DNA of 64,000 bases from Adineta vaga (lineage: Eukaryota > Animalia > Rotifera). Under the pieces are notes generated by a model. That model had not been told where the DNA came from. It did no database searches and saw nothing but the letters and a program-made list of their open reading frames with translations. The position numbers and the translations under genes were made by a program. The stretch is taken from NCBI GenBank assembly GCA_021613535.1, contig CP075494.1:2046001-2110000 (forward strand), in the 5' to 3' direction. This document shows positions 12,875 through 25,312 of the stretch, one piece after another; the stretch's first letter is position 1; each line of letters starts with the position of its first letter.

Positions 12875-14201
12875 TTACAATAGTTCATATAATTCTGCAG
12901 TATTTTTGGCTCCACGATCATAACCACCAGCAACTAAAATTTTTCCGTTTGTCAATGTTGCTGCTATGTGATCAGTCCGAGTATGACTCATGTTTCCAGC
13001 AATTATCCAATTTCCTGTCAATGGATCATACAATTCAGTGGTAATCAGTTCATCAATAGCATATCCACCGGCAATCAATACTTGTCCATTTGTTAATACG
13101 GATGCTGTATGATCAAACCGAATATCCTTTAAACCATTGATAACCGTCCATGTTTCTGTAGTTGGATCATATAATTCAGCACGACTTGCAGGATCATGTG
13201 ATCCACCAATAACTAATACTTTTCCATTTGCTAATACAGTTGCTGTATGGCTTTGTCGTCCACTCGTCATATTGCCAGTATATGTCCATGTTTCTGTCAA
13301 AGGATCATACAGTTCAGCAGTGCGTTCATTAGGATGATCACTTCCACCAACGACTAGAACTCTTCCATCTTTTAACACGCATGCGGTATGATGTTCTCGT
13401 CCACTATTCATACTGGTAGTATTTGTCCATGTTTCGGTTGACATATCAAATAATTCAGCACTATCTAGATGAGTACCACCATTAAATCCACCAGTAATTA
13501 AAACTTTGCCATTCGGTAATATAGTTGCTGCATGTTCACTTCGTGCATCTTGCAGTGAACCTGTAAATGTCCAAATACCTGTTGATGGATCATACAATTC
13601 CGCGGTATCCTGATAACTATGAGAAGCTTCTCCACCCGCAACTAATACTTTTCCGTTTGTTAACATAGATGATGTGTGAAATTCTCTTTCAATATTCATG
13701 TCACCAGTAAGCGTCCAAGTGCCTGCCGATGGATCGTATAACTCAGCAGTTTTTAATTGATATACACTACCCATTCCACCGGTAATTAAAACTCTTCCAT
13801 CATTCAACACAGATGCTGCATGTCGATACCGTGCATTAACCAGGTCACCAGTGTTACGCCAAACTAAATGGAAAAACAATAGTTCCAAAGAAAGAATCTG
13901 ATAGCAACGGATCGAGAAAATCCCAATAATAAATTCATGACAACTCACCATACTCTTGATAGGACGTCGTAGTGGTTGTTGTAATTGTAGTTGATGTAGT
14001 TGTTGTTGTAGTTGATGTTGTGGTAGTAATTTCAGACTTCGTCGGTTTAAGAATAATAAACTTTAATATGAGCGAAAAAACAATTATACATAATACAAGA
14101 ATAATTAAACCTATACAAATAAATTTAGTTCGACGTTGCTGCCACCACTGAAAGCGCTTTATTTCTCTAACAGCAGTATCGCTGAATGGATTAGAATTCA
14201 T
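12875..14201 (-). CDS. Type II membrane Kelch / galactose-oxidase-like beta-propeller protein with Thr-rich stalk
   Basis: Exons 14201-13949 (TM helix, poly-Thr) and 13863-12875. Seven repeats of R..HTA..L.NGKVL..GG...AELYDP....W. Confidence 0.9.
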
Positions 14202-14755
14202 CGTTTGTCTTAAAAAAAGAACTTTAACTAACAAACTACAATAAGATATTGTTCTTTTATTCTTAACGTAATAACTAAAGATAAACGTTATTATTTTGAG
14301 GACGTACAACCATGCTTTGTCATATGATAACGCAGAACTCTGTTGATACATGTATGATAATGCAAAATCGTTTTTATTTTCGAATAGTTTTAAGAGAGTG
14401 GAATTGATATGAAAATATGCCATCTTCACTCACACCCTCAAGATTTCATTCGAGAAAGTTTTTGAATATTTTGTCCATCTTCAAAAGACGATATAAATTG
14501 ATTTTAACTTCAAATAAACAAATCAAAATACATCTTTTGAAAGTTCAGAATTATATATCTAGGATATTCTTTTCTACAGAATTAATTGATAATTTATTTT
14601 TACACCTTTCATTTGATCTCTTATGTCGTACCTATAATGCGCTTTAAAGAAATCATGATTTAATTAAATTTTATGAAAAAAAAACTTTTTGCTTGAAGTC
14701 TTTAGTATAAAAAAAAGTAAAATAAAAAGATTTTCTTTGTAAAATATTCCTAAGA

Positions 14756-15779
14756 ATGTCGTTAAGCATAATATTAACAGATGTTTACTATAAAATAATT
14801 CGTTATGGTTTATCAATAATCTTTGCATTTGGTGTTGTTGGTTGTTTATTTAATTTAATACTTTTTTCTCGTCAAAAATTTCGTCATGTTTCCTGTTGTT
14901 TATGTATGTATTGTTTAAAAGAATTTTCTTTCTTAAAAAATTTCAATTTTAATAGATTTTCTAAGTGGATCATGTAGTAGTTTAATCTCATTATTTTTTG
15001 GAATGATTCCAACATTTTATTTACTTGATCATGTTTATCCTGGAAGTTATTCAATAATCTTTTGTAAAATGCAAGGTTATATAACACATACAAATTTACA
15101 AATTACACGAGTATTTCTTCTTTTATCATGTTTTGATCGTTATACACTTAGTTCAACAAATCAATTTTTAAGAAAATTTGCTCAACCATATATTGCATTA
15201 AGATTAATTCCAATTGTTATTATATTATCTTATTTACTTGCAATACATTTAATAATTTATTTAGAAATATTTTCAAGTAGATGTGGATTATATAATACAT
15301 CTGTATTAACATATAATAGTATTTATACAATAGTAACAATACCAATTTTATATCCATTAATAATGTTAATATGTTCAATCTTAACGTATATGAATTTAAA
15401 AAACCGACAAAAACGACTTGCACAAATTCAACAAAGAATTATTGATAAAACTTATCAAAAAGATAAAAAAATCTTTGTAACATTAGTTTTTCAAATAATT
15501 CTTTATTTTCTTTCAGCAGGTCTTTATGCACCAAATGTTCTTTATAATAAAATAACAGAAAATAGTTTCAAATCAACTGATCAACAAACTATTGAATTGT
15601 TAATTCAAAGAATTGCAGTGAATTTAATTTATATTTATCCATCATTATCATTTTATGTATTTACATTAACATCAAGAACATTTCGAAAAGAATTTTTTTC
15701 ACTTTTCAATTATCGACCACGAAGAAGAATTCAAGTTATTGTAACAACAAATAGAACAAACAATCAAGATACATTTTAA
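14756..15779 (+). CDS. Class A (rhodopsin-like) orphan GPCR
   Basis: Exons 14756-14903 and 14956-15779. Seven hydrophobic segments, TM3 Cys (FCK), FDRY, FYVFTLTSRTFRKE. Confidence 0.88.
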
Positions 15780-16269
15780 TTAAAATATTTCTTAAGAAAT
15801 TAAACCTTAAAGATACTTTCGAAATCATAAATATGTCATTGTAAAAAGATTATTAAAAGTACTTGCAATAAACTCTTCGTCAACATCGCCTCCGTATCAA
15901 TTATGCTGATGTGCGAATTTTAATTAAATGCATTTTGAGTGACGTCACATATCCTACAGATTAGGGATGTTGAAAATTCATCATTCTCTATAGAGATAAT
16001 CCATGATCCACTGGAGATGACTCTCGTTTCATACCCTCATATTTTCATTCTCATTCATATAAATTAAAATGACTCTTCGACAAAATAAAAGAAGAGTCAA
16101 CAAATGAAAGGAGACAAGAGGAAAAAACCTATGAAAATAAAAAATCGTATATATTCGACAGTATCTACAGTTTTTGTTGATGAATACTTATTTTGTTATA
16201 TCATCCAACTTCTCGACTGATTTTATTTGTTTGTATAAGTCAACTATGCTTGTAAAATCATCAGTAAAA

Positions 16270-16490
16270 AGAGACAATAATCTGAAAATGTTGATATTCA
16301 AGTACAACTTCAAGAATCCATCAACCAACTAAAAACACTAAACGATGCTCATAAATGTGAAAAATATATTCATTTTATCTCGAAACAATATTCATGCACT
16401 TCGACAAATATCTGCTCTTTATATCTATAATAATGTTGAAACCATAAAGATATCGTGAATAACACAGTTCTAAAAACGAAGTTAATTTAG
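16270..16490 (+). pseudogene. Remnant of the N-terminal domain of an ART-TPR family gene
   Basis: Translates as ENVDIQVQLQESINQLKTLNDAHKCEKYI...IHALRQISALYIY with a frameshift or deletion. Resembles the N-termini of the ART genes at 10.4-10.8 kb and 54.6-54.9 kb. Confidence 0.5.
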
Positions 16491-16673
16491 AGAATCTAAC
16501 TATTCATATGATTTGTTCAATTTTAACTAAAAACAATATACTCCTTGTAGTTAAAGCTCATTCCCAAATAAATAAATATGAAGCTTATATTTACAGTCAC
16601 AGAATAAAATTTGAGATATATTTTGAGTGTGCATGTCCAATACACGGATACCCTCACATCCAGACCCACACCC

Positions 16674-17981
16674 TCAAGATGACTATACCAATTTTTATTT
16701 CTCTTCATCAAGACTTTATGTTCATTTTGTTTCCTCAATTTGAATTTCAAATATCTCAATATTTCAGATTAAATGAAATGATCGATTTTTGTTCCATATT
16801 CACATGAGAAAATCAAGATGAATTTCTTCTTTATTGAAAAAATCGAAGAAAAATGTATGAGAAAAAAACAAAGAGAGAATAATAATATCAAATATCACTT
16901 TTTTTTTCTTTGTAGAAAAAATATATCAATTTGATTTTGTGAAAAGATTTTATTAAAAAATGTTGAACTTTCACATTTTCATCATTATTCTTCTTTTTAT
17001 TTTCCATAATGAAATAAAAGGTAAATCATTCGACTTTTCATTGATAAGATGAATAGCAAAGCATTGTAAATTAAAGAACCTTATTGAAAAATTTATTTAA
17101 ATATATATTCTTTTAGCTCTTTCATTTAATCAACCAAATTTATCTTCAGCAGCAACTTGGAATCGTAATGGAATTACTTTTGCGAATGAATCGATTGTTG
17201 GAGAATATCCTAGAAGCATTTTTATTAATACAAACAATACAATCTATATCATTAATCAAAATAGGAAGAGGATTGTAATATGGTTTAATAATAGTCTCAA
17301 ACCAACACATTTCTTTCCTGGCAACTTCTCAACTTCCTATTCTCTGTTTGTAACATCAAATGGTAATATTTATATTGATAATGGTTTTTTGCATAAAAAA
17401 GTCGAAAGATGGATATCAAAGAACATGACTTTTGATATTGTTATGAGTGTAAATTCATCTTGTTATGATCTCTTTGTCGATATTAATGATAATTTGTATT
17501 GTTCAATGCAGCGACAGAATAAAGTAGTAAAACGAGACTTGAAAAGTTCTTCATTGACACCAGTTATTATTGCTGGAACAGGTAATCTGGGATTTGCTTC
17601 TAATGAACTTAATAGTCCTCATGGAATTTTTGTTGATATTAATTTGGATTTATATGTGGCAGATTGTGGGAATAATCGAATTCAGTTGTTTCAATCAGGA
17701 GAAATAAATGCTATTACAGTTGTAGGTACGGAATCACTGAAGGCAACTATTTCACTTAAATCTCCTAGTGTAATTGTATTGGATGCTAAGCAATACTTAT
17801 TTATTGTGGATTCTTGGGGTAATCGTATTGTTGGAGAAGGACCTTATGGTTTTCGATGTTTAATTGGATGTTATGGAGCAGGTTCTCGATCTAATCAATT
17901 AAACAAACCAATTACTATGAGTTTCGACAGTTTTGGTAATATATTTGTTGTTGACAATGAGAATCATCGCATTCAAAAATT
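16674..17981 (+). repeat. Recent 1.3 kb segmental duplication of 25027-26334
   Basis: Colinear at a constant offset of 8353 bp; roughly 17 substitutions seen by eye. Covers the upstream region, exon 1, intron 1 and most of exon 2 of the NHL-GPCR. Confidence 0.95.
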
Positions 17982-17991
17982 CTTCATTTAA
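16960..17991 (+). CDS. Truncated duplicate encoding signal peptide + one NHL beta-propeller (secreted?)
   Basis: Exons 16960-17020 and 17117-17991. NHL motifs LNSPHGIFVD..LYVADCGNNRIQ. Stops 3 codons past the duplication breakpoint (RIQKFFI*). Confidence 0.75.
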
Positions 17992-18590
17992 ATTGTGTTT
18001 TCGATAGTTTTTAACACTGCCGGACAGTTGGGCACGATTAAAAACTTCATCGCTGATCGAAGTTGTAACACGATGTAAATTTTTCTTTGTTGTTGAATTG
18101 CTATTCCAATTTGTCGTATATTTATTTGATGTATCATAATCTTCTGGGGCACATGAGTCAGAATCATCCTCATCCTCAGAATCTTCGTCATCGGAGGAGA
18201 GCCGCTCCTCGTCAAGTTTATTACGGTCATACTCTTCTAGAAAATACACACGAAACTAAAAGAAATGAAGAAAAGAACAAGTATATTAACTCAGTTGAAC
18301 TAGCACTTGCTTAAAAAGAAAAATAACAATTTGACACTTACATTCGATATTTGACAATTATAAAGTTCTTACCGGTGTTTTTCGATTCTGGATCCTCTTG
18401 TTGTTGTTGTTTGTTTTGTTGTCTTTTTGGTCGTTTCTTGATAGTTGATCCTATATGAACGTAAAACAATATCACTTTAATTTTCTCTCAGACATTACTA
18501 TAGGGATGACATAGAGTTAGATATATACTTACCACGTCGAGTTGGCATCTTAGTTGAGTTATTTCAATTTCGAAAGTTCTCTAATCAGAT
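17982..18590 (-). pseudogene. Fragment of an unknown spliced gene with an acidic tract, cut at the duplication breakpoint
   Basis: GT-AG bounded exon-like segments about 18590-18532, 18450-18373, 18237-17982. SSDDEDSEDEDDSD tract. The ORF runs into antisense NHL sequence at the junction. Confidence 0.4.
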
Positions 18591-20216
18591 CTAAAAATAT
18601 AAAAATTTGAAGCAATCAATATAGTTTTTGTATTTGTTGGAGTATAATCAGGAACACAACATAGAAAGCAACCATATATACATCGATTTTCTGAGAGAAA
18701 TCAACACACATATTTCGTACCTCATAAGTATATTGCAGACGGCACAGAGAGAAAAAAGTAATGTTCTCTATTATTTCCTATTTTACACGAGATTGCATAC
18801 GAATATTGAAGTACTTATATTATGAAGTAGAAGAATAAAGAAAAATACCATAGGGACAGATATTCCCAGCAAATATCAACCATCAACGTCTTTAAAAACA
18901 TTCATTTTGACGTTCTATGCCTAGACAAAAAAATATGCATTCGCTTCTTTTATACAAGATAATCATGATAATTCTTTCTCATTAGATATAAGATTATTCT
19001 TCTAATTGAAAATCCAGAGATTTTTAAAGTTTCTATCGCGACACCGGCATGTTTTTAGCAGTGATAGATATCTTTGATGTGGATAAGAACATATTTAATA
19101 GTAACATCACCCACACCCTTTTTCTCTATGAATGAATAGAAGTTTGTATGTAATCATATTGTTATTACACATATACAATACAGCGGGTATGGATGTGAGA
19201 ATAAGGAGTACACCCACATCCACCCATTTATCCAAATTGAATATGTTTTTCAATATAATACTACCAATGCATGCGTAACGCCGTGGCAGCTGTTTTTATG
19301 AACAAAACTGCATAGATACACGAGCGGATTATATACAAAATGAGATTTCACCCGTTTGTGTTAATCTAAAGCTGATGTTTTCAATGAAAATTTTACTCGA
19401 ATAAATGAACAATGAATATGATTATGCTTCAGTATTAAACACGAGGTAAAATACAAGTGATTGATGATCATAATTTGTTACTTCAGATGAATTTCTTTTC
19501 CTATTTTATTTAAGACGCTAGATTTTTAGTTATAATAAATCTCTTAGAGTAAAATTCAATATTATCGTAGGATAAATTTGCTTGCGTAAGTGTTGCACAA
19601 CTTTGGTTTCAAGTGAAACTTTACGAGTTCTTTCGATTCAAAAAAAACAAAATGGTGTCCAAAGCTCTCTCTCATCCTCGCTTTTTTTGTGTAAAAACGT
19701 CAAGGATATGAATAGAAGTAAACTATTCTCATTAATAACAATATCTTGAAATAAAAACGGATTTGATTATAAATATTATCTTTATATTTCATTACAGGAA
19801 TAAAACGTATAACATCAAACCACGTGCGATGTATTTTCTATATTTTTTGTCAATTCAGTACCTCACCTGGATGATTAATTTGATAAAATACCTCTCTAGC
19901 AAACAAGCAAAATATCAAACGCTTTTTTTTTCTCATGTAAATTGTCTTTTTTCAATGAGGTATATATCATATTCGTCACATATCAATGATCACTTGGAGA
20001 GAAAAAGACGGATAGGTGAGTATTGCGCTTATATCTATCATTGTATCCTTTAACGAAAGTAAAAGCACATTTACAGAGCTGAAAGTAAATTTAATATTCA
20101 GAGTGAACAAACCAAAAGTGGATTCCAATGTCGGATTAGTCAACTTCGTCCATACTGCATAATAAAAATTCTCATTGCGTATATGATTTTTTTCTTCTAA
20201 GGGCAATTTCGTTACA

Positions 20217-23200
20217 ATGAAATCAAAAGTGAATGACGAGAAAACTGATGAGTATCAACCATTGTTAAATTCAAAGAACAATTCGCCTGAGCAGAGTGTA
20301 CCTCGTCAACGTCAACCATCGCGTCTTGAATGGGCTGAATCATCTTGGATACGATTATGGTATATTATCAGTTGGCAATGGATCAATCCTTTACTTTCAT
20401 TAGGTTATAAAACTACTTTGTCAGAAGAAGATTTGGATGACTTACCTAATCAAGAAAAATGTTCTGTTTTGTATGATATGATAAAAAACTCCCAAACAGA
20501 ACACGAGAAAACATTCATCATATTTCGACGAGTGTTTTGGAAACGTTATTTATTAGTTACGTCTCTCCGATTGCCCATAATGATCTTTGTCATTGCTCAA
20601 CCATTGTTTTTATACAAACTAGTTCTATATATTACAGATCATCAACATAATCAATTGTCTCCATCGGCGCCAGTTTATAGTGGTTACTTATATGCAGCCG
20701 GCTTGTTTAGTTGTGCGCTTTTTCAAGCACTTTTTTATCATCAATATTATTTCTACTCAGCTCGTCTTGATCTAATGATTCGAAACTCCCTTCTATCAAC
20801 TATTTTTGCACATTTGTTGTCAATCAATACGACGACATTACGACAAGTAGGAACTAACTATGTCACGAGTATTGTTACTAATGATGTAACAAAGTTCGAA
20901 GAATTTTCTAAACATACTGCCTACATAATCGAAGCACCATTCATTTCTGCCGTTATTTTTGGTTTACTCTATTGGATTAATGGATTTTGGTCAACAGTAT
21001 CTGGTTATCTTATATTCATCCTATTGATTCCATTGCAAGTGACTTTAGGTCAAAAATTTAATCAACACCGTAAGAACGTTGTCGTCCATACTGACCGACG
21101 TATCCATGCGTGTGAAGAACTTATTCGAGGAATTCATGTTATTAAGATGTACAATTGGGAAGAATATATGAAAAAACGAGTTTGTGAAACGCGTGAGCCT
21201 GAAATAAATAGTATTCGACATGCATTTGTTTTACGTGCAATAAATATGGGCTTGTTCTTGGCATCGATACCTCTTACTGGATTTGCTACATATTTTGGTG
21301 CTTGGCTTAGTGGACGTCATTTAACAACAATTCAACTTTTTATTACTCTCGCATTCTTTTCGCAAATGCGTTTTCCAGTGATGTACTCATTACCGGTTGC
21401 CATTGAAAAATTAGTAGTAATTCGTCAATCATGGAAGAGAATTATTAAATTTCTTCAATTAACTTCCGAACACGAACAAAAACTACTAGACCCAAAAGAT
21501 TCTCAGCAAAAAGGAACAATTACGATGCACGATGCTTCATTTTCATGGGATGAACGTAATTGTTGTCTTTCATTACTTAATATTCGTATTGAACCAGGAA
21601 CATTCGTAGGTATTGTTGGACCGGTTGGATCTGGTAAATCCTCATTATTTTCAGCTATTCTTGGGGAAATGATTCTAGTAGATGGTCAAATCAATGTTAA
21701 TAATAGTTCTTTTTCTTATGCCGCACAATCTCCATGGATATTTGCGGATACATTACGCGCAAACATTATCTTCGGAAAATCCTTCGATGAACAACGTTAT
21801 AGAAGTGTTTTACATGCTTGTTGTCTCGATATTGATTTGACTATTCTTGGATCTAATGCAGATTTGACAATGATTGGTGAAAATGGGGTGAATTTAAGCG
21901 GAGGTCAAAAGGCACGCGTATGTTTAGCACGTGCTTTGTATGCAGATTCGGATATTTATCTTCTTGATGATCCATTAGCTGCAGTTGATCGAGTTGTAGC
22001 AAAACGAATCTATGACAAATGCATTGGCCCAAAAGGATTATTGAAAAATAAAACTCGTCTATTAATCACACATCAAACACAGTATTTAACTAAATGTCAA
22101 CAAATAATCGTGTGCGATCAAGGCAAAATGCAAATAAAAACTCCAAATTACAATCTCAATCAACAGGATAATGAAGATGAAGAAGAAAAACAAATATCAG
22201 CAGCTATGCTCGATATCGGACAATTATCTGCGTCTCATCAATCAATTATTGTGAAAGAAACATCGAAAACCCTACATATTCGTAGTTCTTTGTGGTATTC
22301 TCTTTTTACTGCACCACCATTAAAGGCTTTAGGTTTATGTCTCACGCTTATTCTTCTTTTATGTGGTCAAATACTTCATGATGGTACTAATCTATGGCTT
22401 GCTTTTACCTCGCGACAATTGAAATACGCAAAGTCTACTAATTCTATTCCTCTGTCAACTTACTTTATTTTAACTATTGCAACATTATTTGTAGCAATCG
22501 TACGCAGTAATTTTTTCTTTTATCAAATTTTGAATGGTTCAAATTATCTTCATAATAAAATGCTTTCTGGATTGTTACATGCATCGATGCGTTTCTTCGA
22601 AAGTAATCCAAGTGGACGAATTCTGAATCGAATGAGTAAAGATCAACAAATTGTTGACGAAACATTACCTGAAATCTTATTCGATGCCATACAATCCTTG
22701 TTATTACCAATTGGATTTATTTGTATCATTCTCATTATCAATCTATGGATGATACCTATAACTATTTTCGTAGTAATTATATTTTGGTTCTATTTTCGAT
22801 ATTACATTCGATCAAGTCAACAACTTAAACGAATGGAAAGTATGACGCGCAGTCCGATTTATGGATTATTTGCATCATCACTGAAGGGTTTAACTACTAT
22901 TCGTGCATTTAAAGTTGAAAATGATCTTATAAATGCAATTGAAACTTTTATTGATGACAATACACGTCTACACCTTCATCTGTCAGGCACAACGCGTTGG
23001 TTCACATGTCGAATGGATCTTCTAGCAACTTTATTTGTATTTTTTCCTGCTTTTGCTGCTGTTATCGCGCCCACTAGAGTAGATGCAATATTTTTAACAC
23101 TCACTTTGTTTTATAGTATTAATATAACTGCACGATTACAGCATGCTATTCGACAATCAGCAGACGCATACAATCACATGACTAGTGCAGAACGTATCGA

Positions 23201-24033
23201 TGAATATGGCGATTTGCCACCAGAAGAAGATAATGGTGGATCGAAAAGATTAATTAAAACATCAGCTGATTGGCCAAGTCAGGGAGAAATTCGATTCCAC
23301 AATTATTCCTTACGCTATCAATCGAATCAAGAAGCAACATTGAAAAATCTAAATTTGGTCATTAATTCTGCTGAAAAAGTTGGAATTATAGGTCGCACGG
23401 GTAAGAATGATTTAATTATTGTTGCTCAACGAAACTGTTTCCTTTGATATTTTAATAGGTGCAGGTAAATCATCTGTATTTCAAGGTCTTTTACGTTTAG
23501 TTGATCGATCGTGTATTGATGGTGAAATTCTTATTGATGATATTGATATTAGTCGTATTACTTTGAATCATCTTCGTTCACAGATCAGTGTTATTCCGCA
23601 AAATCCGATACTTTTCTCTGGAACTCTTCGATTTAATCTTGATCCATTGAACTTTTATAGTGACGAACAATGTTGGAAAGTTTTGGAAATTGTTCAATTG
23701 AAAGAAATGGTTTTCAATCATCCCCAAGGTCTTCATATGTCAATAGCTGAATCAGGTCATAATTTAAGTATTGGTCAATGTCAATTAATTTGTGTTTCTC
23801 GAGCTCTTCTTCGAGAAAGTCGAATATTATTAATTGATGAAGCCACTGCTAATGTGGATCATGAAACTGATCAATTACTACAATCATTAATAGTTGATGT
23901 AGTTAAAGATCGAACTGTATTAACCATTGCTCATCGATTGAATACAGTGACAAACAATGATCGACTTCTTTTGTTGGACGGTGGGAAAATCGTCGATTTC
24001 GATGTACCTGAAACAGTTTTAAATCATGTTTAA
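20217..24033 (+). CDS. ABCC (MRP4-like) full ABC transporter, about 1252 aa
   Basis: Exons 20217-23400 and 23459-24033. NBD1 GPVGSGKSS / LSGGQ / YLLDD; NBD2 GRTGAGKSS / LSIGQ / LIDEATA. TMD motifs IKMYNWE, FFESNPSGRILNR, TIRAF. No TMD0. Confidence 0.95.
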
Positions 24034-24311
24034 TAATCATTTGAGATTAATCAAAAAGAGATTAAGAACTATTTTCATATTTCACTTCAACTAATGAATG
24101 AAATAGAAATAATAAACTTCTATTTCACATGTTTTTTTTTTCGACACTTCTCCTCACGCTCTCACTAGGCACACAAGTCGATTATTAATTTTTACAAATG
24201 TTCACAAAGAAAACAGATAACCCACTGGATACATCATTCGTAACAAGTAAACTTAATTTTCTACTTTGGGTGTGGATGTGGATTCTATACTCTAATATAC
24301 ACCCACCCTCA

Positions 24312-24697
24312 ATGACCTGCTACTACGGAGCGTGGATATTCACCAACACCATAATTCATAAGAGTGAAGAAATCTCTATTACTTCTACCCAATCGTATAC
24401 TAACAGTATTATAACCATAATTCGCAACTGCCAAATCCAAAACTTGATCCTTGTTGAAATTAGCGACATTTATAGACCATGGAACATGATCAACAGTATA
24501 TTGATTAGGATAGTGAGAGAATGCGCCATTTAGAAAACCAAATAGTATCATAGTATAACTCCCATCGTCATGACCCACTAAAGAATCTCAATAACCATCA
24601 TCATACAAATCAGTTGATATAACCGATATTAGAATGAGACCAACATAATGTTCGAACAAATAGTTAAAACTTCCTTGCTCATCCCCGAATAGAACAA
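24312..24697 (-). pseudogene. FG-GAP/VCBS repeat gene fragment
   Basis: ANFNKDQVLDLAVANYGYNTVSIRLG, YGVGEYPRSVVAG. In-frame stop at 24588-24590, no start or terminus, hairpin elements on both sides. Confidence 0.75.
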
Positions 24698-24815
24698 GGG
24701 TGTCAGTATGAGTGTGCGTGAGGATGAGTGTGCGTGTGAGACTAAGGGTGTGGGTGCGGGTGTGAATATGCAGGAAAGTGATGCACACCTTCACCCACAC
24801 CCACCTCAGCCACCA
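24697..24815. repeat. Expanded telomere-like hairpin element
   Basis: Degenerate GGGTGT/GAGTGT/GCGTGT hexamer run followed by inverted CACCCACACCCACCTCA. A second copy lies at 24268-24314. Confidence 0.75.
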
Positions 24816-25312
24816 TGAGAATCTCAGTTTCAAAAGAGTAAGTTACATTTTGTTCGAAACATTTCATCGTAATCATTTACATAAAAATTTTCAACCTATA
24901 ATATTTTGCATATTCATAATTCTTTCTTTCAACAAAATTTATTTGATAATAAGACAAATAAACGTGATGAAAATAGGAAAAATGAATATTGACAAAAGAA
25001 TAATAAATGATATTAAAAATAACATTTCAACATGACTATACCAATTTTTATTTCTCTTTATCAAGACTTTATGTTCATTTTGTTTTCTCAATTTGAATTT
25101 CAAATATCTCAATATTTCAGATTAAATGAAATGATCGATTTTTGTTCCATATTCACATGAGAAAATCAAGATGAATTTCTTCTTTATTGAAAAAATCGAA
25201 GAAAAATGTATGAGAAAAAAACAAAGAGAGAATAATAATATCAAATATCAATTTTTTTTTCTTTGTAGAAAAAATATATCAATTTGATTTTGTGAAAAGA
25301 TTTTATTAAAAA

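Noticed and set aside
19255-19300. Possible Helitron 3' end (reverse GCCACGGCGTTACGCATGCATTGGTAGT)
   Set aside because: Imperfect hairpin, GTAG instead of CTAG, and no matching 5' end.
24588-24833. ORF with HTRTHTLSLTRT repeats
   Set aside because: The repetitive part is a translation of the hexamer hairpin element, not protein.
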